Shown here in pieces: positions 27,302-41,168 of a DNA stretch of 64,000 bases. The stretch is from Eledone cirrhosa. Taxonomy: Eukaryota. The stretch's first letter is position 1; each line of letters opens with the position of its first letter. The DNA lies in assembly GCA_964016885.1 (NCBI GenBank), contig OZ024741.1, forward strand, positions 216,318,001 through 216,382,000, written 5' to 3'. A program made the translations under genes and the position numbers. Below the pieces are notes generated by a model. That model saw nothing but the letters and a program-made list of their open reading frames with translations. It had not been told where the DNA came from and searched no databases.

Positions 27302-29202
27302 CTACCTTTCCGCTTCCCGGGGTTCGGGTCGCACGACTTCCATGGAGTCGGGGGTGTTGGGTGAAGGGGTGTCTTGTGGTGGTGTGGGGTCGTCAGTGTG
27401 TGGTGGGGTTGGGGTGTTTGGAGTTGTGTTGGGGAGGGGAAGGGGAGGGGGAAAGCTTTTTAGTAGGACGCGGTTTATGGGTTTGACAGAGGGTGGTCCT
27501 ACGTCCTCCTTAAAATCCTTTTTTAGTTTTTGGTAGAGGTTCATTGGGATCTTTATTAATTTTAAATGTGGGTAGTTTTTTGAAGAAACAAAGTTTACAC
27601 CTTCGGTTTGTACCGAAGGATTATTGTTTATGAGTTCATTTAATTTATTATTGTTTCTGTTGATGTAAGTATAGTGTAATGTCTTTTTTTCGGATGGTGT
27701 GAGTGTTTCGAAGAGGGGAGGGGCAGGTTTGGTTTTGTTAGTTGCTGGAGGGGTGTTTTCTGTTTTGTTGGATTGTGTTGAGATTTGGGTGGAGGTTGTT
27801 TGGCCTTGTGTGTTTTGCACATGTTTTCTTTTTTTCCTTTTAATCTGTCTGAAGGACTCCGTATCTTCCGCCGAATTCGTTGGGTTATCTTCAGTGTTGG
27901 AGGGAAGGGGTATGTTTGCTGGTAATGTTTCCGTGTTGGTTTTCTTTGTGGGGGAGATGGATGTCACTATGTTAGACTGTGTTGTGTGTTGTGTCTGCGG
28001 TGGTTGTGTTGTTTTATTGAGTGAGGGGTTGGGTGGGCCTGTATTTTGTTTTGGGGTAATGTGTTGTGACTGTTTGTGTTGTGGTGGTGGTGTGGTTTTA
28101 CTGAGGGACGGGTTGGGTGGGACTGAGTTTTGTTGTTTGTTTATCTGTTGTGGTGGTGGTGGTGGAGCTGGTGTTGGTAGCAGGGTTTTCTTTTTGTTGA
28201 GTTGGGGACAAGCGGCCTTCAGGTGCCCTCTGCCTGCACAGATATGACAGGACGGCCTTCTCCCCTCCACGCTAATGTTTATATACCCGTGGCCCTCTAA
28301 TAGGATTCTGTCGGGTATTTGGGTGATGCGTTCAGGCTTCATTTGCACTACCAGCTCTATACCTGTTCCACTGAACGCATTGCCTGTGGTTTTCCCAATG
28401 GAAATCCCGTTGTCATTCACTGGATCGATGAAGCCAGCTATGAGCCAGCAGTAGTCCACATCTGGCATCATTGCATCCAGCCATATGCGTTGAGTTCTTT
28501 TACCCATATAAGATGGATAAAAGGTAAAATTTTTCGAACGAATCGGTGACAAAGCACATTTTTTTGCCGCCGATTCGTTCTTCATGATAATTGCTAGGCT
28601 TCCATACAGTCTGTCTTTTCTTATGAAAGTGGTTTCATTAAGTACTTCTGTGAGTACTGTTTTGATATCTGCTTGAGAAGGCTGTTCAGGTTTTTTTTAA
28701 AGTGTCGTTGATGGTGCGGAACACGACCCTTCGACTTTCAATGTCTTTGGTGAGTTCTTGAGGCATTTTTACCGATAAAATACCATTCTCTCCTTCACTT
28801 ATGTATTGTTTGGCGTCTGTGATTCTTCGTGCCACATCTGAAATATTTTCGGGTATATATGTCAAAGATTTCTTTGTTGTTTGTGCAAATGAAATCTTGA
28901 CTCTGTCGTCTGCTTTGCTTTCTGTTATGGTGTTATTTTCAAATGTTATTTTTGTGTTTGTTGTGGCTTTGTTTGTGGTGTTAGTATTATCATGCAATTT
29001 TTCAAATTTTTTTTTCGTTGTTGGAATCCATGTCCAGATTTGTGTTTTCGTCATTTTTCTCCGCAGATTCGTCTGTTTTTATTTTAATTTTTCCTTCCTT
29101 CTCTATGACGTTAGTTGGGAAGGAAAGGGGGACTAAAGCGTGCGAGCTTACAACTCTTACCGCTGTCCCCCCACCACTATTTTCGTTCGCTTCGTCTGTC
29201 AG
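27302..29202 (-). pseudogene. ORF1 of copy D, frameshifted; expected start reads CTG
   Basis: ORFs 29002..29292, 28686..29054 (KISFA), 27302..28585 (CHICAGRGHLKAAC + C-terminal domain). Confidence 0.85.
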
Positions 29203-29699
29203 ACGATTGAAAATTTTTTTTTTTTTTTTGCCACTAAATTTTAAGAAAACAGGTTTTTCACCTCTAGGATGGGTAAAGATGAGCTGACCCACCGTCTGAC
29301 AGTTCAGACGGGGGGGGGGGTCAAGCTACACAATAGTATCAAAATTAAATTTGAACTCACAAAATTTCCGCAATAAATTTGAACAAAACTTCTGCGCGAA
29401 GTGAATTACATCCACACTGTAGAACAGACGACAGCTAGATCTGGTCGTTAGATAGATATATTTCTTTATTAGCCACAGGGGCACAAAAGAAGGGGACAAA
29501 TACAAAGGGGGAAGTTTACATACAATAAAAACGTGTAAAATGTTATCACAGATGGAATTTAAAAGTTAGTCGATTTTCCCCAATAGAGGGAGACAGTTTA
29601 TATGGGTAACACATACCCCCGAAAAAAAAATGTGCAACCCTTATCTCCAGGAGTACGAAGAGCTTGTACTCCTTTCCTCTCCTCCTCCTTTTCCTCAAC

Positions 29700-32600
29700 C
29701 TACAGGCTGATATAGAGAGAAGGCCCATTCACTCGGGCCATTCTCGCCACTTTCACCCACCTTTCATAAAACTTGCTGGGGTACAGCACCTCTCTCTCCA
29801 TCCTGATTCTTCTTCCAAAGTGGTATTTGAAAAAAAGAATCAGTTGTTGGCCGGAGAGAAAGGTGTCTGACCTCAGCCCTTTCAACCTTGTCCACCATAC
29901 AACCTCTTTCGCCAAAGCTATCACACAAAGGAAAACCGCCTCTCCTTCGTTTTTGAATGAGGGTGGCGGTTTGATCATGACAATGGACTCGGTGGTCAAC
30001 TGGATTGGTCCACCCGCGACAATAGTCGTTCTACATAGCCCCACAGGTCAGTGACGCCCGGGCAGTGTATGAATGCGTGCGCGAGGGTTTCTTCGTCTCG
30101 CACGCACCTCGGACAGATCTTTTTTGCAGGGTCCCTGTCCGGGCGCCCATGTCTGTAGAGCTTGTCTCGAACTGGTAGAGCTCCTCGGTAGCACTGCCAG
30201 GCCAGGGACTTTTGGAAGTTGTCCATCGGTCCCGGGCGGAAGGTCCTACCGAACAGACTGGCCAGTTCATCTTCCTCTACGCCTAGAGTTTCACCGAGCG
30301 CGTCGTCGCACTTGCTGCGGACCAACCCTCTATAGAATGACGAAGTGGAGTCTCCACTGATCGCCGGGTCCGCCTGCCAGAGGGCTGTGAGCGCCTGAGC
30401 ACATTCGATGTGCCAGTCGCCCATTTTCCTCGGTCTCTGCTTGACCCAGGACTGCAGCTCGGTCAGCGAGACGAGTCGTGGGAAGGCTCGCCTCACGAAC
30501 GGGGCCCCCACCGGTTGTCCGGTGAGGAATACGTAGAGATGCCGCAGCCTGAGCGCGTGTTTGCGCATCGTCAACCACGGCATCCCCAGCCCTCCGTTAG
30601 AAGGGTGTTGGCAGCAGATGGATCTTCTCACCAAAGGAGCCCGCCTCTTCCAAAGGAATCGGAAGAGCGCGCGCTCCATTTTGGCGAGCGTTTTGGCTGG
30701 ACAAGGCACGACAGTCAAGCGGTAGTAGATGGCGGACGCTATAAAAGTGTTCGTCACCTCCGCTCGACCTTTCAAGGATAGTTTGCACTCGGCCCACTTC
30801 TGGGTGAGTGCAAAGACCTTGGCCGTCACTTCGTTCCAGTTCTTCTCCACCTGGAGGTCCGGACCAAACCAGACCCCGAGCAGCTTTACCGGTCCTTTCG
30901 TCCAGCGTCCGACGACGCCATCGAAAGGCATCGGTCTGCCTCTCCACGATCCGAGTTGCAAACCGATGGACTTGTCCCGGTTCAGCTTCGCTCCTGTGAG
31001 ACTTTCTTATTCCTTTAGTAAGGTGCCGACTTCCTCGATTTGCGAGGCGCTCGACACCATTACTGTCACGTCGTCGGCGTAGGCCGACGCCGCTTTCCGC
31101 AGTCCCGGTTCCAGAGGGATGCCCTGCAATAGCTCCAGCTTCCGCAGTAGTGGCTCGAGAGTCAGTACGTACAGAAGGGAGGAAAGAGGGCATCCCTGTC
31201 GAATGGATCGCGTAATATGGAACGGCTCCGAGAGGTAACCGTTCACCTTGACCCTTGAGCAGATGTTGCTATTGTGCATTGCAGCAATCCAGCCCCTGAA
31301 CACGGGTCCGAAGCCTGCCGCCTCGAGCACCGCATCCAGGTAACGATGGTCAACCCTATCGAAAGCCTTAGACTGATCCAAATTGATCAGGGCCCCACCG
31401 AAGCCGGGTTTACACCCTACCCTCTCTATGATGTATCGCATGAGGTGGAGGTTGTCGTGTATGGACCTGGTCGGGATCGCGCATGTCTGCGCTTCTCCCA
31501 CCAGGTTCTCGGCGACAAGCGCCAGCTTCTTTGCCAACACCTTGGCCAAAATCTGTAACTCTGTGTTTAGAAGAGTTATGGGCCGGAAGTTGCCTATGTC
31601 ATCCCCCTTATTCTCGTCCTTCCTGATTAGTGTGACCACGCCCCCGGTTACAGAACTGGGAATTCTCCCGTTCTGTTGCCAGTTGCAGTAGACCGCTTCC
31701 AGGAGACCGGAGAATAAGTCCGGCATTGCTACGTAAAATTCGTAGAGTAGACCGTCGAGACCTGGAGATTTGCGTTTGCCGCATTGGCTCAGCGCGTCCC
31801 CTATCTCAGTGGCTGAAATCGGCTTTTCGCAGAACTTCGCCTCGCCGTCCGAGAGTCGCGGTAGGCCGTCGAGGTATGGACCGAAATCCATAGCCTCTCC
31901 CGGCGCGCCGCTCCCCCCGAACAGCCGAGCAAAGTGCCGCTGAAAAGCCGCACACATCTGCTTCGGCTCACGTATCACGCGTCCGTTTTGGTCCTTCAAA
32001 GACCGAATCGTGGACTTGTTGCCACTTTTTGCCTCCGTCACTCGGGCCCAGCTAACAGCTTTGGCTCCCTCGTTTCCCAGAGCACGTATTTTGCTTCTGA
32101 CAACGCAGCCCTCGTGCTTTGCATCGAAGAACTGGTCCAAGGCCGTTCTCGTTGCTAGCACGCTGGCTACGTTGCCACTTCTAATTGCCTCTTCTACTTT
32201 ATCTACCAGTTCCTTCTCGGTTCTATTTCTATCTAACGCTAATTCTTTACTAAAAATCTAACTGCCCTCTTGAGAGAGTACCACCATCTGTTGTTGACAA
32301 TGGCCCCTGTCAAGTGCTGTTTAACTAAAGTGCTAATCCGTCTACTGTAGGCTTTGCTTGTCGGTAACGACAAGTTCAGCTTCCAGTAGCCGGGTCCTTG
32401 TCTATGGGTTCTATCAAGGTTGGCCATGCAGGTCACTAGTTTGTGATCTGAATAGGCAAAATGAACAAAATGACAGCTTAACATGTCCCTATCCTTATTT
32501 CTAACTAGAACCCTATCTAGGTACGATCTAGATGTTCCGCTACGATTACTCCACGTCCACAGTGGCGCAGTCGGAAAATCTAGTCGATATCTATCGGCCA

Positions 32601-33119
32601 GATCAAATCGGTCGATTAACTGTTTGAGGCTGTTACACCCCCCTTTATCGGGACATGCTCCCACATAGTCCCAACGTGCATCTAGGATTCCATTCCAGTC
32701 CCCACTAAAAGCAAGGAGCGGGACGTTCCCAGAAAAGTCTCTAGACGTTTGAAGAAGTCTGGCCGCGGTGTCCCGGATGGGGCATATGCGGCCACCAGCC
32801 TGAAGGCTCCACCTTCACTACCGTCAACGTCTAGGACCACCAGTCGACCCTCCGGGTCCAGATGTACCGTCTGTGTTACGAGGCTCAGGTGTTTCCGCAG
32901 CAAAACGGCAACTCCGCCCCCACCCCCCGGTTGACAGAGAGATGCGTAGATCTCAAAGTCATCGAAGATAGGGGCCAGCTGTCGCTCGCCGTGGATCCTG
33001 GACTCGCAAATGGCTACCACATCCAAACTGTGCGACCTGAGGTCGTTTAAGAGTTTGCCCTGTTTTCAGGGCATCCCCAGGCCGCGTACGTTCACACATC
33101 CAACTCTTATATTGGCCAT
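29700..33119 (-). pseudogene. ORF2 (EN-RT) of copy E, several frameshifts/stop
   Basis: ORFs 32682..33026, 32239..32664, 31007..32161 (YADD), 29996..30961, 29700..30044. Confidence 0.92.
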
Positions 33120-33152
33120 GTTGGTGCTGAAAAGTTAAAAGAGGAAAAGAGA

Positions 33153-35020
33153 TCACTCACCCTTCGCCTCCTGGGGACCAGACCGCACGATTTCCATGGG
33201 GTTGTTGGAGGGGTTGTCTGGATGGGTGGTGGTTTCCGGCGGGGTGGGGACGCAGATGTTTGGTGGGGTGGGGTCTGGTGGGATGGGGGTGTCTGGGGTG
33301 GGGAGGCATTTGAGAAGGACGCGGTTGAGTGGTTTCACGCAGGAATTCCCCACATCCTTCTCAAATGTTTCTTTTAGGGACCTATAAGTTTGTATAGGGA
33401 CCCTAATCAGTTTTAGGTTCAGTTTTTTGCTATTTTTTATTGAGTGGGCGAAAGTTTTCCCTTCGGTGAAAACCGAAGGGTCGTTCGTGATGGTCTCCAT
33501 TAGTGTTTTGTTTTCAGTGTTTATGTAAGTGTAAGTGTAATTTTCTTGTGTTGTGTTTGTTTTTGTCTGTAGTTCTTGTGTGTGCTTTCGTTTTGTTGTA
33601 GGTATTTTTTTTTCAGGAGGTGGGGGTTTTGTTTGTGATATTTTTGTTGTTTGTGTTGGTGGTTGTATGTTTGTGGTAGTGTTTGCTGGTTTTTTGCTTT
33701 TGTGATGTCTTTTCTTTCTTTTCGAGCGATGGGGTTCTCCCTCGTCTTCACTGGGTGATGGCGAGATAGCCTCATCTGTTGTATCGTCTGTGTGATTGGG
33801 GAGGGGTATGTCTTGGGGAGCTGTTGTGTCTGTATGTGATTTTGCAGTGGTTTTAGGTGGAGTGGGGTTGGGTGGGACTGTGTTTGTTGTGGTTATTTTT
33901 GTGTGTTGGTGTTGTTGTTGTTTTGATGGGTGTTCATTAGTTTAGGACAGGAAGCCCTCAGGTGACCCCTGCTAAAGCAATGGTAACATGAAGGCCGCCT
34001 ACCCTCAACCGAAAGGTTTATGTAGGTGAGTCCGTCCAGGAGTACACGCTGTGGGATCATAGCTATTCGCTCTGGGCTCATTTGCACCAGAACTTCAATG
34101 CTCGTCCCATTGAATACATCTCTGGGGGACTTGCCTACTGACAGTATTCTGTCTTCATCAAAATTGATGAAGCCGCACAGTATCCACCATATGTTCACCT
34201 TTGGTGTGACACTTGTGATTCTGATCTTTTGTGTCCTTTTTCCCATGTATGTAGGGAAAAAGGTGTACAGGTTGGATACAATTGGCGACACAGAGTAATT
34301 TTGGGCCGTCAATTGATCCTTCATGAGTACCGAAATACTCCCAAAAAGTTTGCTTCTTTGAATGAATGCAATATCATTCATTGAATCTTTGAAAACCAGT
34401 TCAATATCTTTCTGTGACAATTGGACTGGTTTTCGGGTAGAATTGGAAACTGTCCTAAAGACTATCGTTTTGAGAGCAGTTTCCTTGCGAATTTCTACCG
34501 GAGAATTGATGCTGAAAGCACCATTTTTTTCGAAGGTGACATATCTCTTAGCGTCCTTTAAAAGGTGTTCAGCATTTGTTATGTCGAGATATATCAATTG
34601 TTCTTTCTTTTGAACTTTCTCCGCAAAGGAGATTTTTGGTTTCTTTGTGGAATCCGTATTGGTGGTGTTGTCATTATTGTTGTTACTGTTGTTGTTATTC
34701 TTGTTGTCACCGATGTTGGTATCATCCGTATTTTCCTTGGTGTTGTTGTTGTCTTTGATGCTGGTGTTATTGGCGTTGTCTTTATTTTTTTCTTTGTTTT
34801 TGTTATCATTGTTGCTTTTATCATCATTATTGGTTTTGCTGTTATTTTTGTTGTCATTGAGCTGTTTGGTGTCATTTGTGTTGTTTGAATGTGAATTCGT
34901 TTTTTTATTTTCATTTTGTGTTTCCATCTCTATAGTATCTAGTGAAGAAGACGTTGTTGACTGCGAGCTTTGTAGTCTTACCGCCTCTCCACCACCATTA
35001 TCGTTGGACGCAGCGTTCAT
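33153..35020 (-). pseudogene. ORF1 of copy E, frameshifted in the linker
   Basis: ORFs 33893..35020 (CYHCFSRGHLRASC) and 33153..33500. Confidence 0.88.
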
Positions 35021-35489
35021 AACGTAATCAAAATTTTACAATATTTTTTCCAAGATTCGATGGAGAAAAATTTTTTTAATGGATATTCCGCCCCTGAAGG
35101 TGCGAAAATGAGTTGACCCACCACTTGAAGGTCCAGATGGGTGGTCAAGTTACAGAATGATATGAAATTGAACTAAAAACTCACGTTTTTTTCTTACATA
35201 AATTAACGGAAACTTCTCCGCGATGTGACACACGACTGATAGAGAGATAGATAGATTTCTTTATTAACCACAAGGGCGCAACAAGAAAGGGTACAATACA
35301 AAGACATGCCGGGGATTTTACATACAGTCGTGTAAAAAATATAAAAACAAACAATTTCAACAATCGAAATCCCCAATAGGGGGGAGGCGCCACAAATGGG
35401 TTGTTTAATACCCCGTCGATAGAACAACCCTCAACTCAAGGAGCGTGTTGTGCAAGTGCTCCTTTCTTCCTTTTGCTCTCTTCCTCAAC

Positions 35490-38400
35490 CTACAGGCTTA
35501 TAAACAGAGAAGGCCCAATCACTCGGGCCATTTTCGCTTCATTCACCCACCTTTCAGTAAATTTACTGGGGTGCAGTGCCTCTCTCTCCACCCTGATTCT
35601 CCTTCTAAAGTGATACTTAAAGAATGGAATCAATTGTTGTCCGGAGAGAAAGGCATCTGTCCTCAGTCCTCTCAACCTCGTCCACCATATAACTTCTTTC
35701 ACCATAGCCACCGTACAGAGGAAAACCGCCTCTCTTTCGTTTTTGAAAGAGTCTGGCGGTTTGATCCTTACTATGGACTCGGCAGTCAACTGTATTTGTC
35801 CCATACGCGACAGCAGTTGTTCTGCATAGTTCCACAGGTCGCTTACGCCCGGGCAGTGTACAATTGCGTGCAGAACTGTTTCAATGTCCTGCGCACATCT
35901 TGGACACGTCCTCTTGGAAGGATCCCTGCCAGGGCGTCCGTGCCTGTAGATCTTGTCACGAACCGGTAGAGCTCCTCGGTAGCACTGCCAGGCCAGGGAC
36001 CTCTGGAAGTTGTCCATAGGTCCCGGGCGGATAGTCCTACCAAACATACTGGTGAGCTCATCGTCTTCGACGCCCAGAGTCTCTCCGAGCACGTCGTCGC
36101 CCTTGTAACGTACAATCCCTCTATAGAATGTCGAAGTGGAGTCTCCACTGATTGCTGCGCCCGCTTGCCAGAGGACTGTGAGCGCCTGAGCGCATTCAAT
36201 GTGCCAGGCGCCCATCGTTTTCGGTCTTTTCTTCACCCAGGACTGCAGCTCCGTTAGCGAGACGAGCTGTGGGAAAGCCTGTCTCACAGACGGTGCCCAC
36301 ACCGGTTGGGGGTCGGTGAGGAATACCTGGAGATGCTGCAGCCTCAGCGCATGTTTGCGCATCATCAGCCACGGCATTCCCAGCCCTCCGTTGGAAGGGT
36401 GCTGACAGCAGACGGATCTCCTCACCAGCGGAGCCTGCTTCTTCCACAGAAACTGGAAGAGCATGCGTTCCATCTTGGCGAGGTGTTCACGGGGACAAGG
36501 CACGACAGTCAAGCGGTAGTAGATGACGGACGCTATGAAAGTGTTCGCCACCTCCGCTCGACCTTTCAAGGACAGTTTGCACTCTGCCCACTTCTGAGTG
36601 AGTGCAAACACCTTGGCCGTGACCTCGTTCCAGTTTTTCTCCACCTGGAGGTCTGGAACGAACCAGACCCCGAGCAATTTCACCGGTCCGTCCGTCCAGC
36701 GTCCAACGACGCTGTCGGATGTCATCGGTTTGCCTCTCCACGTACCGAGTTGCAAACCGACAGACTTGTCTGGGTTTAGTTTTGCTCCCGTCAGCGTTTC
36801 GTATTCTTTCAGTATGTTGCCGATCACCCCGATTTCCGAGGTGCTCGACACCATTACTGTCACGTCGTCGGCATAAGCCGACGCCGCTTTGCGCAGTCCC
36901 GGTTCTAGGGGGATGCCCTGCAACAGCTCCAATTTCCGCAGTAGTGGCTCTAGAGTCAATACATACAGAATGGAGGAGAGAGGGCATCCCTGTCGAATGG
37001 AACGCGTGATTGCGAACGGCTCCGATAGGTAGCCGTTCACCTTGACCCTCGAGCAGATGCTGGTGTGCATCGCCTCGATCCATCCTCTGAACACGGGACC
37101 GAAACCGGCCGCCTTGAGAACCGCTTCCAAGTATCGATGGTCGACCCTATCGAATGCCTTAGACTGATCCAAGTTGATCAGAGCCCCACCGAAGCCGGGT
37201 TTACTACCCACCCTCTCTATGATGTATCGCATGAGGTGGAGGTTGTCGTGTATAGACCTGGTCGGGATTGCACACGTTTGCGCTTTCCCTACCAGGTTCT
37301 CGACGACAAGCGCCAACCTCGTCGCTAGCACCTTGGCCAAAATCTTTAACTCTGTGTTGAGCAGAGTTATGGGCCTGAAGTTGTTAATTTCGTCCCCCTT
37401 GTTCTCGTCTTTCCTGATCAGCGTTACTACGCCCTTGCCTGCAGAACTGCGAATTCTCCCGTTCTGCTGCCAATTGCAGTAGACGGCTTCGAGGACGCCA
37501 GAGAACAAGTCCGGCATGCCTATGTAAAATTCGTAGGGTAGACCATCTAGACCGGGTGACTTGCGTTTCCCGCAGCGGCCCAGAGCGTCCCGTATCTCAG
37601 TGTCCGTGATCGGTCTTTCGCAGAACTCGGCGTCCGTGTTCGAGAGACGCGGCAGGCCGTCGAGGTATGAACTAAAGTCCATTGCCCCGTTCGGCTCACC
37701 GTCGTTCTGCTCAAACAGTCGCGCAAAGTGCCGCTGAAAGGCCGCGCACATTTGCTTGGGGTCAAGTAGCACGCGTCCGTTTTGGTCTTTCAAAGACCGA
37801 ATCGTGGACTTGTTGCCACTTTTTGCCTCCGCCACTCGGGCCCAGCTGACAGCTTTCGCTCCTTCGTTTCCTAGAGCACGTGTTTTGCTTCTGACCACGC
37901 AGCCTTCGTGTTTCGCATCGAAGAACTGGTCCAGTGCCGTTCTCGACGCTAACACTCTAGCCGCGTTGCCACTTCTAAGTGCCTCCTCTACCTTGGCTAC
38001 TAGTTCTCTTTCTATTCTGTTTTTCTCTAAGGCTAACTCTCTGCTATACCCTATCGATTCTATTCTAATTGCTTTCTTGAGAGAGTACCACCATCTATTG
38101 TTGACGATGGCTCCCGTTAACTGTTGCTTGACTAGTTTACTTATCCGTTCACTGTAAGCTTTACGTGCCGGCAACGACACGTTCAGCTTCCAGTATCCGG
38201 GACCCTGTCTATGTATTCTATCACGGTTGACTAAGCAGACGACTAACTTGTGATCTGAATAGGCAACCATGTGCATTCGTGGACAGCTTAACATATCCTT
38301 GTCCCTTTCTCTAATGAAGAACCTATCTAAATACGATCTAGATGTCCCACTGCGGTTTACCCACGTCCACTGTGGTGCAGTCGGGAAATCCAGTCGATAC

Positions 38401-38935
38401 CTATCGGCCAGTTGGAATTGGCCGATTAAAGTTTTGAGGCTGTTGCACCCGCTCTACTGGGACATGCTCCCACATAGTCCCATCGTGCATCTAGGATACC
38501 ATTCCAGTCCCCCACTAAAAGTAAGGAGCGAGACGTTCCCAGAAAAGACTCTAGACGCTTAAAGAAGTCTGGCCGTGATTGCGATTGCCCGGTCGGGGCA
38601 TAAACGGCCACCAGTCTGAAGCCTCCACCTCCGATACTGTTCACGTCTAGGACTACCAGTCTACCCTCCGGGTCCAAGTGTACTTGCTGTACTCCGACGT
38701 CCAGGTTCTTCCGAAACATAACAGCCACTCCACCTCCACCTCCTGGCTGACAGAGAGATGCGTAGATCTCAAAGTCGTCGAAGATGGGGGTTAGTTGCTG
38801 CTTGTTGTGGATTCTGGACTCGGTGATGGCTATCACATCCATACTGTGTGACCTAAGGTCGTTTAAAAGTTGGCCCTGTTTCCAGGGCATCCCTAGGCCA
38901 CGCACATTCACGGTTCCAACTCGTAAACCAGCCAT
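35490..38935 (-). pseudogene. ORF2 (APE endonuclease + RT + CCHC Zn finger) of copy F, apparently one frameshift near 38450
   Basis: 38426..38935 (NVRGL, ITES, VYAP, GDWN) + 35490..38294 (SDHK, WKLN, RT motifs incl. YADD, CPRC..ETVLHAIVHC). Confidence 0.93.
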
Positions 38936-38976
38936 GTTGGTGAAGAAAAGATGGAGAAAAAGGACGAAAGGTGCAC

Positions 38977-40857
38977 TTACCTTTTCGTTTCCTGGAGATC
39001 GGGTTGTTCAATCTCCATTTGGGTGCTGGATGGGGTGTTGGGTGGGGTGGGGAAACCTTTCAACAGGACGCGGTTGATGGGTTTGTGGCAGGGGTTGCCC
39101 ACGTCCTGTGAAAATTTAATTTTCAGGTCTTTATAGGTTTCCATAGAAACCCTTATAAGTTTAAGGTGTGGAGACGATTCTGCCTTGACGAAAGTTTTGC
39201 CCTCCGTCTCCACCTTGGGGTTTTGGGAGATGACCTCCATCAAACTCTTGTTGTTTGTGTTGATGTATGCGTATTGTTGTTTGTGTTTTTGTTGTATTGT
39301 TTTAGTTTGTTGTTCATCTGGGAGTTTTCTTTTTATGGTGGGTGCTTGTGTTTGGGGTGGTGTTGGTGCTGGTTTTGCTGATAGGGCGGTGTTTGACTGT
39401 GGTGTTGTTTGTGTTGTTGTTTGTGTCTGTGGTTGTGTGTTGGTGTTGGTGATTGGAGTTTTGGGGGTTTTGTGGTGTCTCTTTTTTTGTTTTTTGGATT
39501 TCCGCGGTTCTCCCTCTTCTTCACTTAAAGAAGGAGAAGCAGCTTCATCCGTCGATGAATAATCATCGTCAGGTGTGTGGGGTAAGGGTATGTTGTGTGG
39601 TGGTGGTGGTGTTTCGGTATGTGTGTTTGTGGTAGTGTTTGATGGAGTGGGATGGAGTGGGGATGTGTTCTTCAGGGGTGTTGTCTCTGTTTTTTCTGTT
39701 GTTGTTGGTTGAGTGTCTGTTTGTTTTGGTGTGGTTGCTCGTTTCGTCTGTCGTTGTACTTGTGGTGGTGGTGGTGGTGGTTGTTTTGGTGTTGGTGTTG
39801 GTAATAGCGTTTTTTTTATGATGTTGCTGTTGTGTGTTTGTGGACAAGAGGCTTTTAGGTGAGATGTGCTACCACAGCGAAAGCAGTGAAATTTTCTTCC
39901 TTCTACCGAAATGTTTATTTTGTTGTTATTATCAATAACGACTCTTTCGGGTATTTTGGAGATTCACTCCGGTTTCATTTGCAACAGAATCTCCAAATCG
40001 GTGCCCGCCCACCTTTGTCGAATGGATTTTCGTATCGAAAGTATTATGTCTGTTTCTGGCTCTACGAAGCCAGCCAAGATCCACCAGATGTTAATGCTTG
40101 GAGGTATGTTTTTTATTTTTATTTTTTGTGTCCTTTTCCCCATGTATGTAGGGAAAAAGGTGTATGCTTTTGACACTATTGGTGTCACAGAGTTTTTTTG
40201 GGCCAGTGTCTCGCTTTTAAACAGTACGGAAACGCTTCCGTACTGTTTTCCTCGCTGGAGAAAATCGACATTTGCTAGAATCTCCTTGAAAGAATCTTCT
40301 ATATCTGACTGATTAACAAATGTCGGTTTTCTTGACGAATTTGACACAGTCCTAAAAGTGACTGATCGGCGGTTTGTGTCTTCCTTTATTTCAAGGGGTG
40401 AGTTAATTCTAAACCCACCTCTTTCTTCGAAAGTTACAAATTTTCTCCCTTGCTGGAGCATATCTCTTGCGTTGGAGATATCAAGATTTATAAAATCTTG
40501 TTTCTTGTTGACTGTGTCAGCAAAAGACATTTTCTTTTTTTGTGTGATGTTGTTGTTGATAATGATGTTATCGTTGTTGGAAATTTTATGTGTAGATGTA
40601 TCTGTAGAGTTGTTGATGTCTTTTTCATGTGTATGTATGTCAATGGGTTTTTTTGCCGTGTTTTCCCGTGTGTTATTGTCATTTTTCTCCGCTTCGGCGG
40701 TAGAAATTGTAACATTTTCAAATGTTGATATATTTTTTTCTTTTGTGACAGTATCTATGGCAACGTCCATAGCAGCAGAAGCAGATATAACGTTAATATC
40801 TGCCTCTTTCTCTCTCTTTTCACTATTAACGTTCTCCAGCGTTCTAGTGTTGCTCAA
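38977..40857 (-). pseudogene. ORF1 of copy F, multiple frameshifts
   Basis: ORFs 39964..40857 (MSFA, YMGKRT), 39569..39847, 38977..39243 (C-terminal domain). Confidence 0.85.
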
Positions 40858-41071
40858 GTTTTTTTTTACTTTGTAAAATTTGATATTTTAAGACAAACTT
40901 TTAAATAAAATTTTCGCCCCTACAGGGGCGAAAAATGGTATTACCACCCAGCTGACAATTCAGCTTGGGGGTTAATCTACAAAGTGTTGTATTTTTTTCA
41001 AACAATTAGATCGGTTTTTTGCATAGAAATTAACAAAAAACTTACCGGCGATATTCCACACGTTAGACAGA

Positions 41072-41079
41072 AAGATAGG

Positions 41080-41167
<88 letters not shown>
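41072..41167. repeat. (GATA)n spacer between F and G
   Basis: direct inspection. Confidence 0.95.

Positions 41168-41168
<1 letters not shown>

Larger units (their letters stand above)
23633..29448 (-). mobile_element. Full-length Tx1-clade LINE copy D (third GATA family)
   Basis: 5' UTR hairpins, ORF1, ORF2, 3' end GCCTTTATGGTAAATAAAGAAA; (GATA)n on both flanks. Confidence 0.92.
29460..35237 (-). mobile_element. Full-length Tx1-clade LINE copy E (same family as G)
   Basis: near-identical by eye to 41168-46395; (GATA)n on both flanks. Confidence 0.93.
35256..41066 (-). mobile_element. Full-length Tx1-clade LINE copy F (most intact ORF2)
   Basis: 934-aa uninterrupted ORF2 segment; both UTRs present; (GATA)n on both flanks. 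Confidence 0.95.

Noticed and set aside
33127-33160. 34-nt GTGAGT...ttttcAG micro-intron in E that might fuse ORF1 to ORF2
   Set aside because: Joining leaves ORF2 out of frame (1+7 nt before ATG), the intron is very short, and the acceptor tract is deleted in near-identical G and absent in B, C, D, F
40977-41045. Apparent 5' UTR intron in F (CG|GTAAGT..ctaat..tttgtAG)
   Set aside because: The GT is not conserved at the aligned position in C (ATAAGT), D, E or G (AGAAGT); only B has a similar GTAAGT
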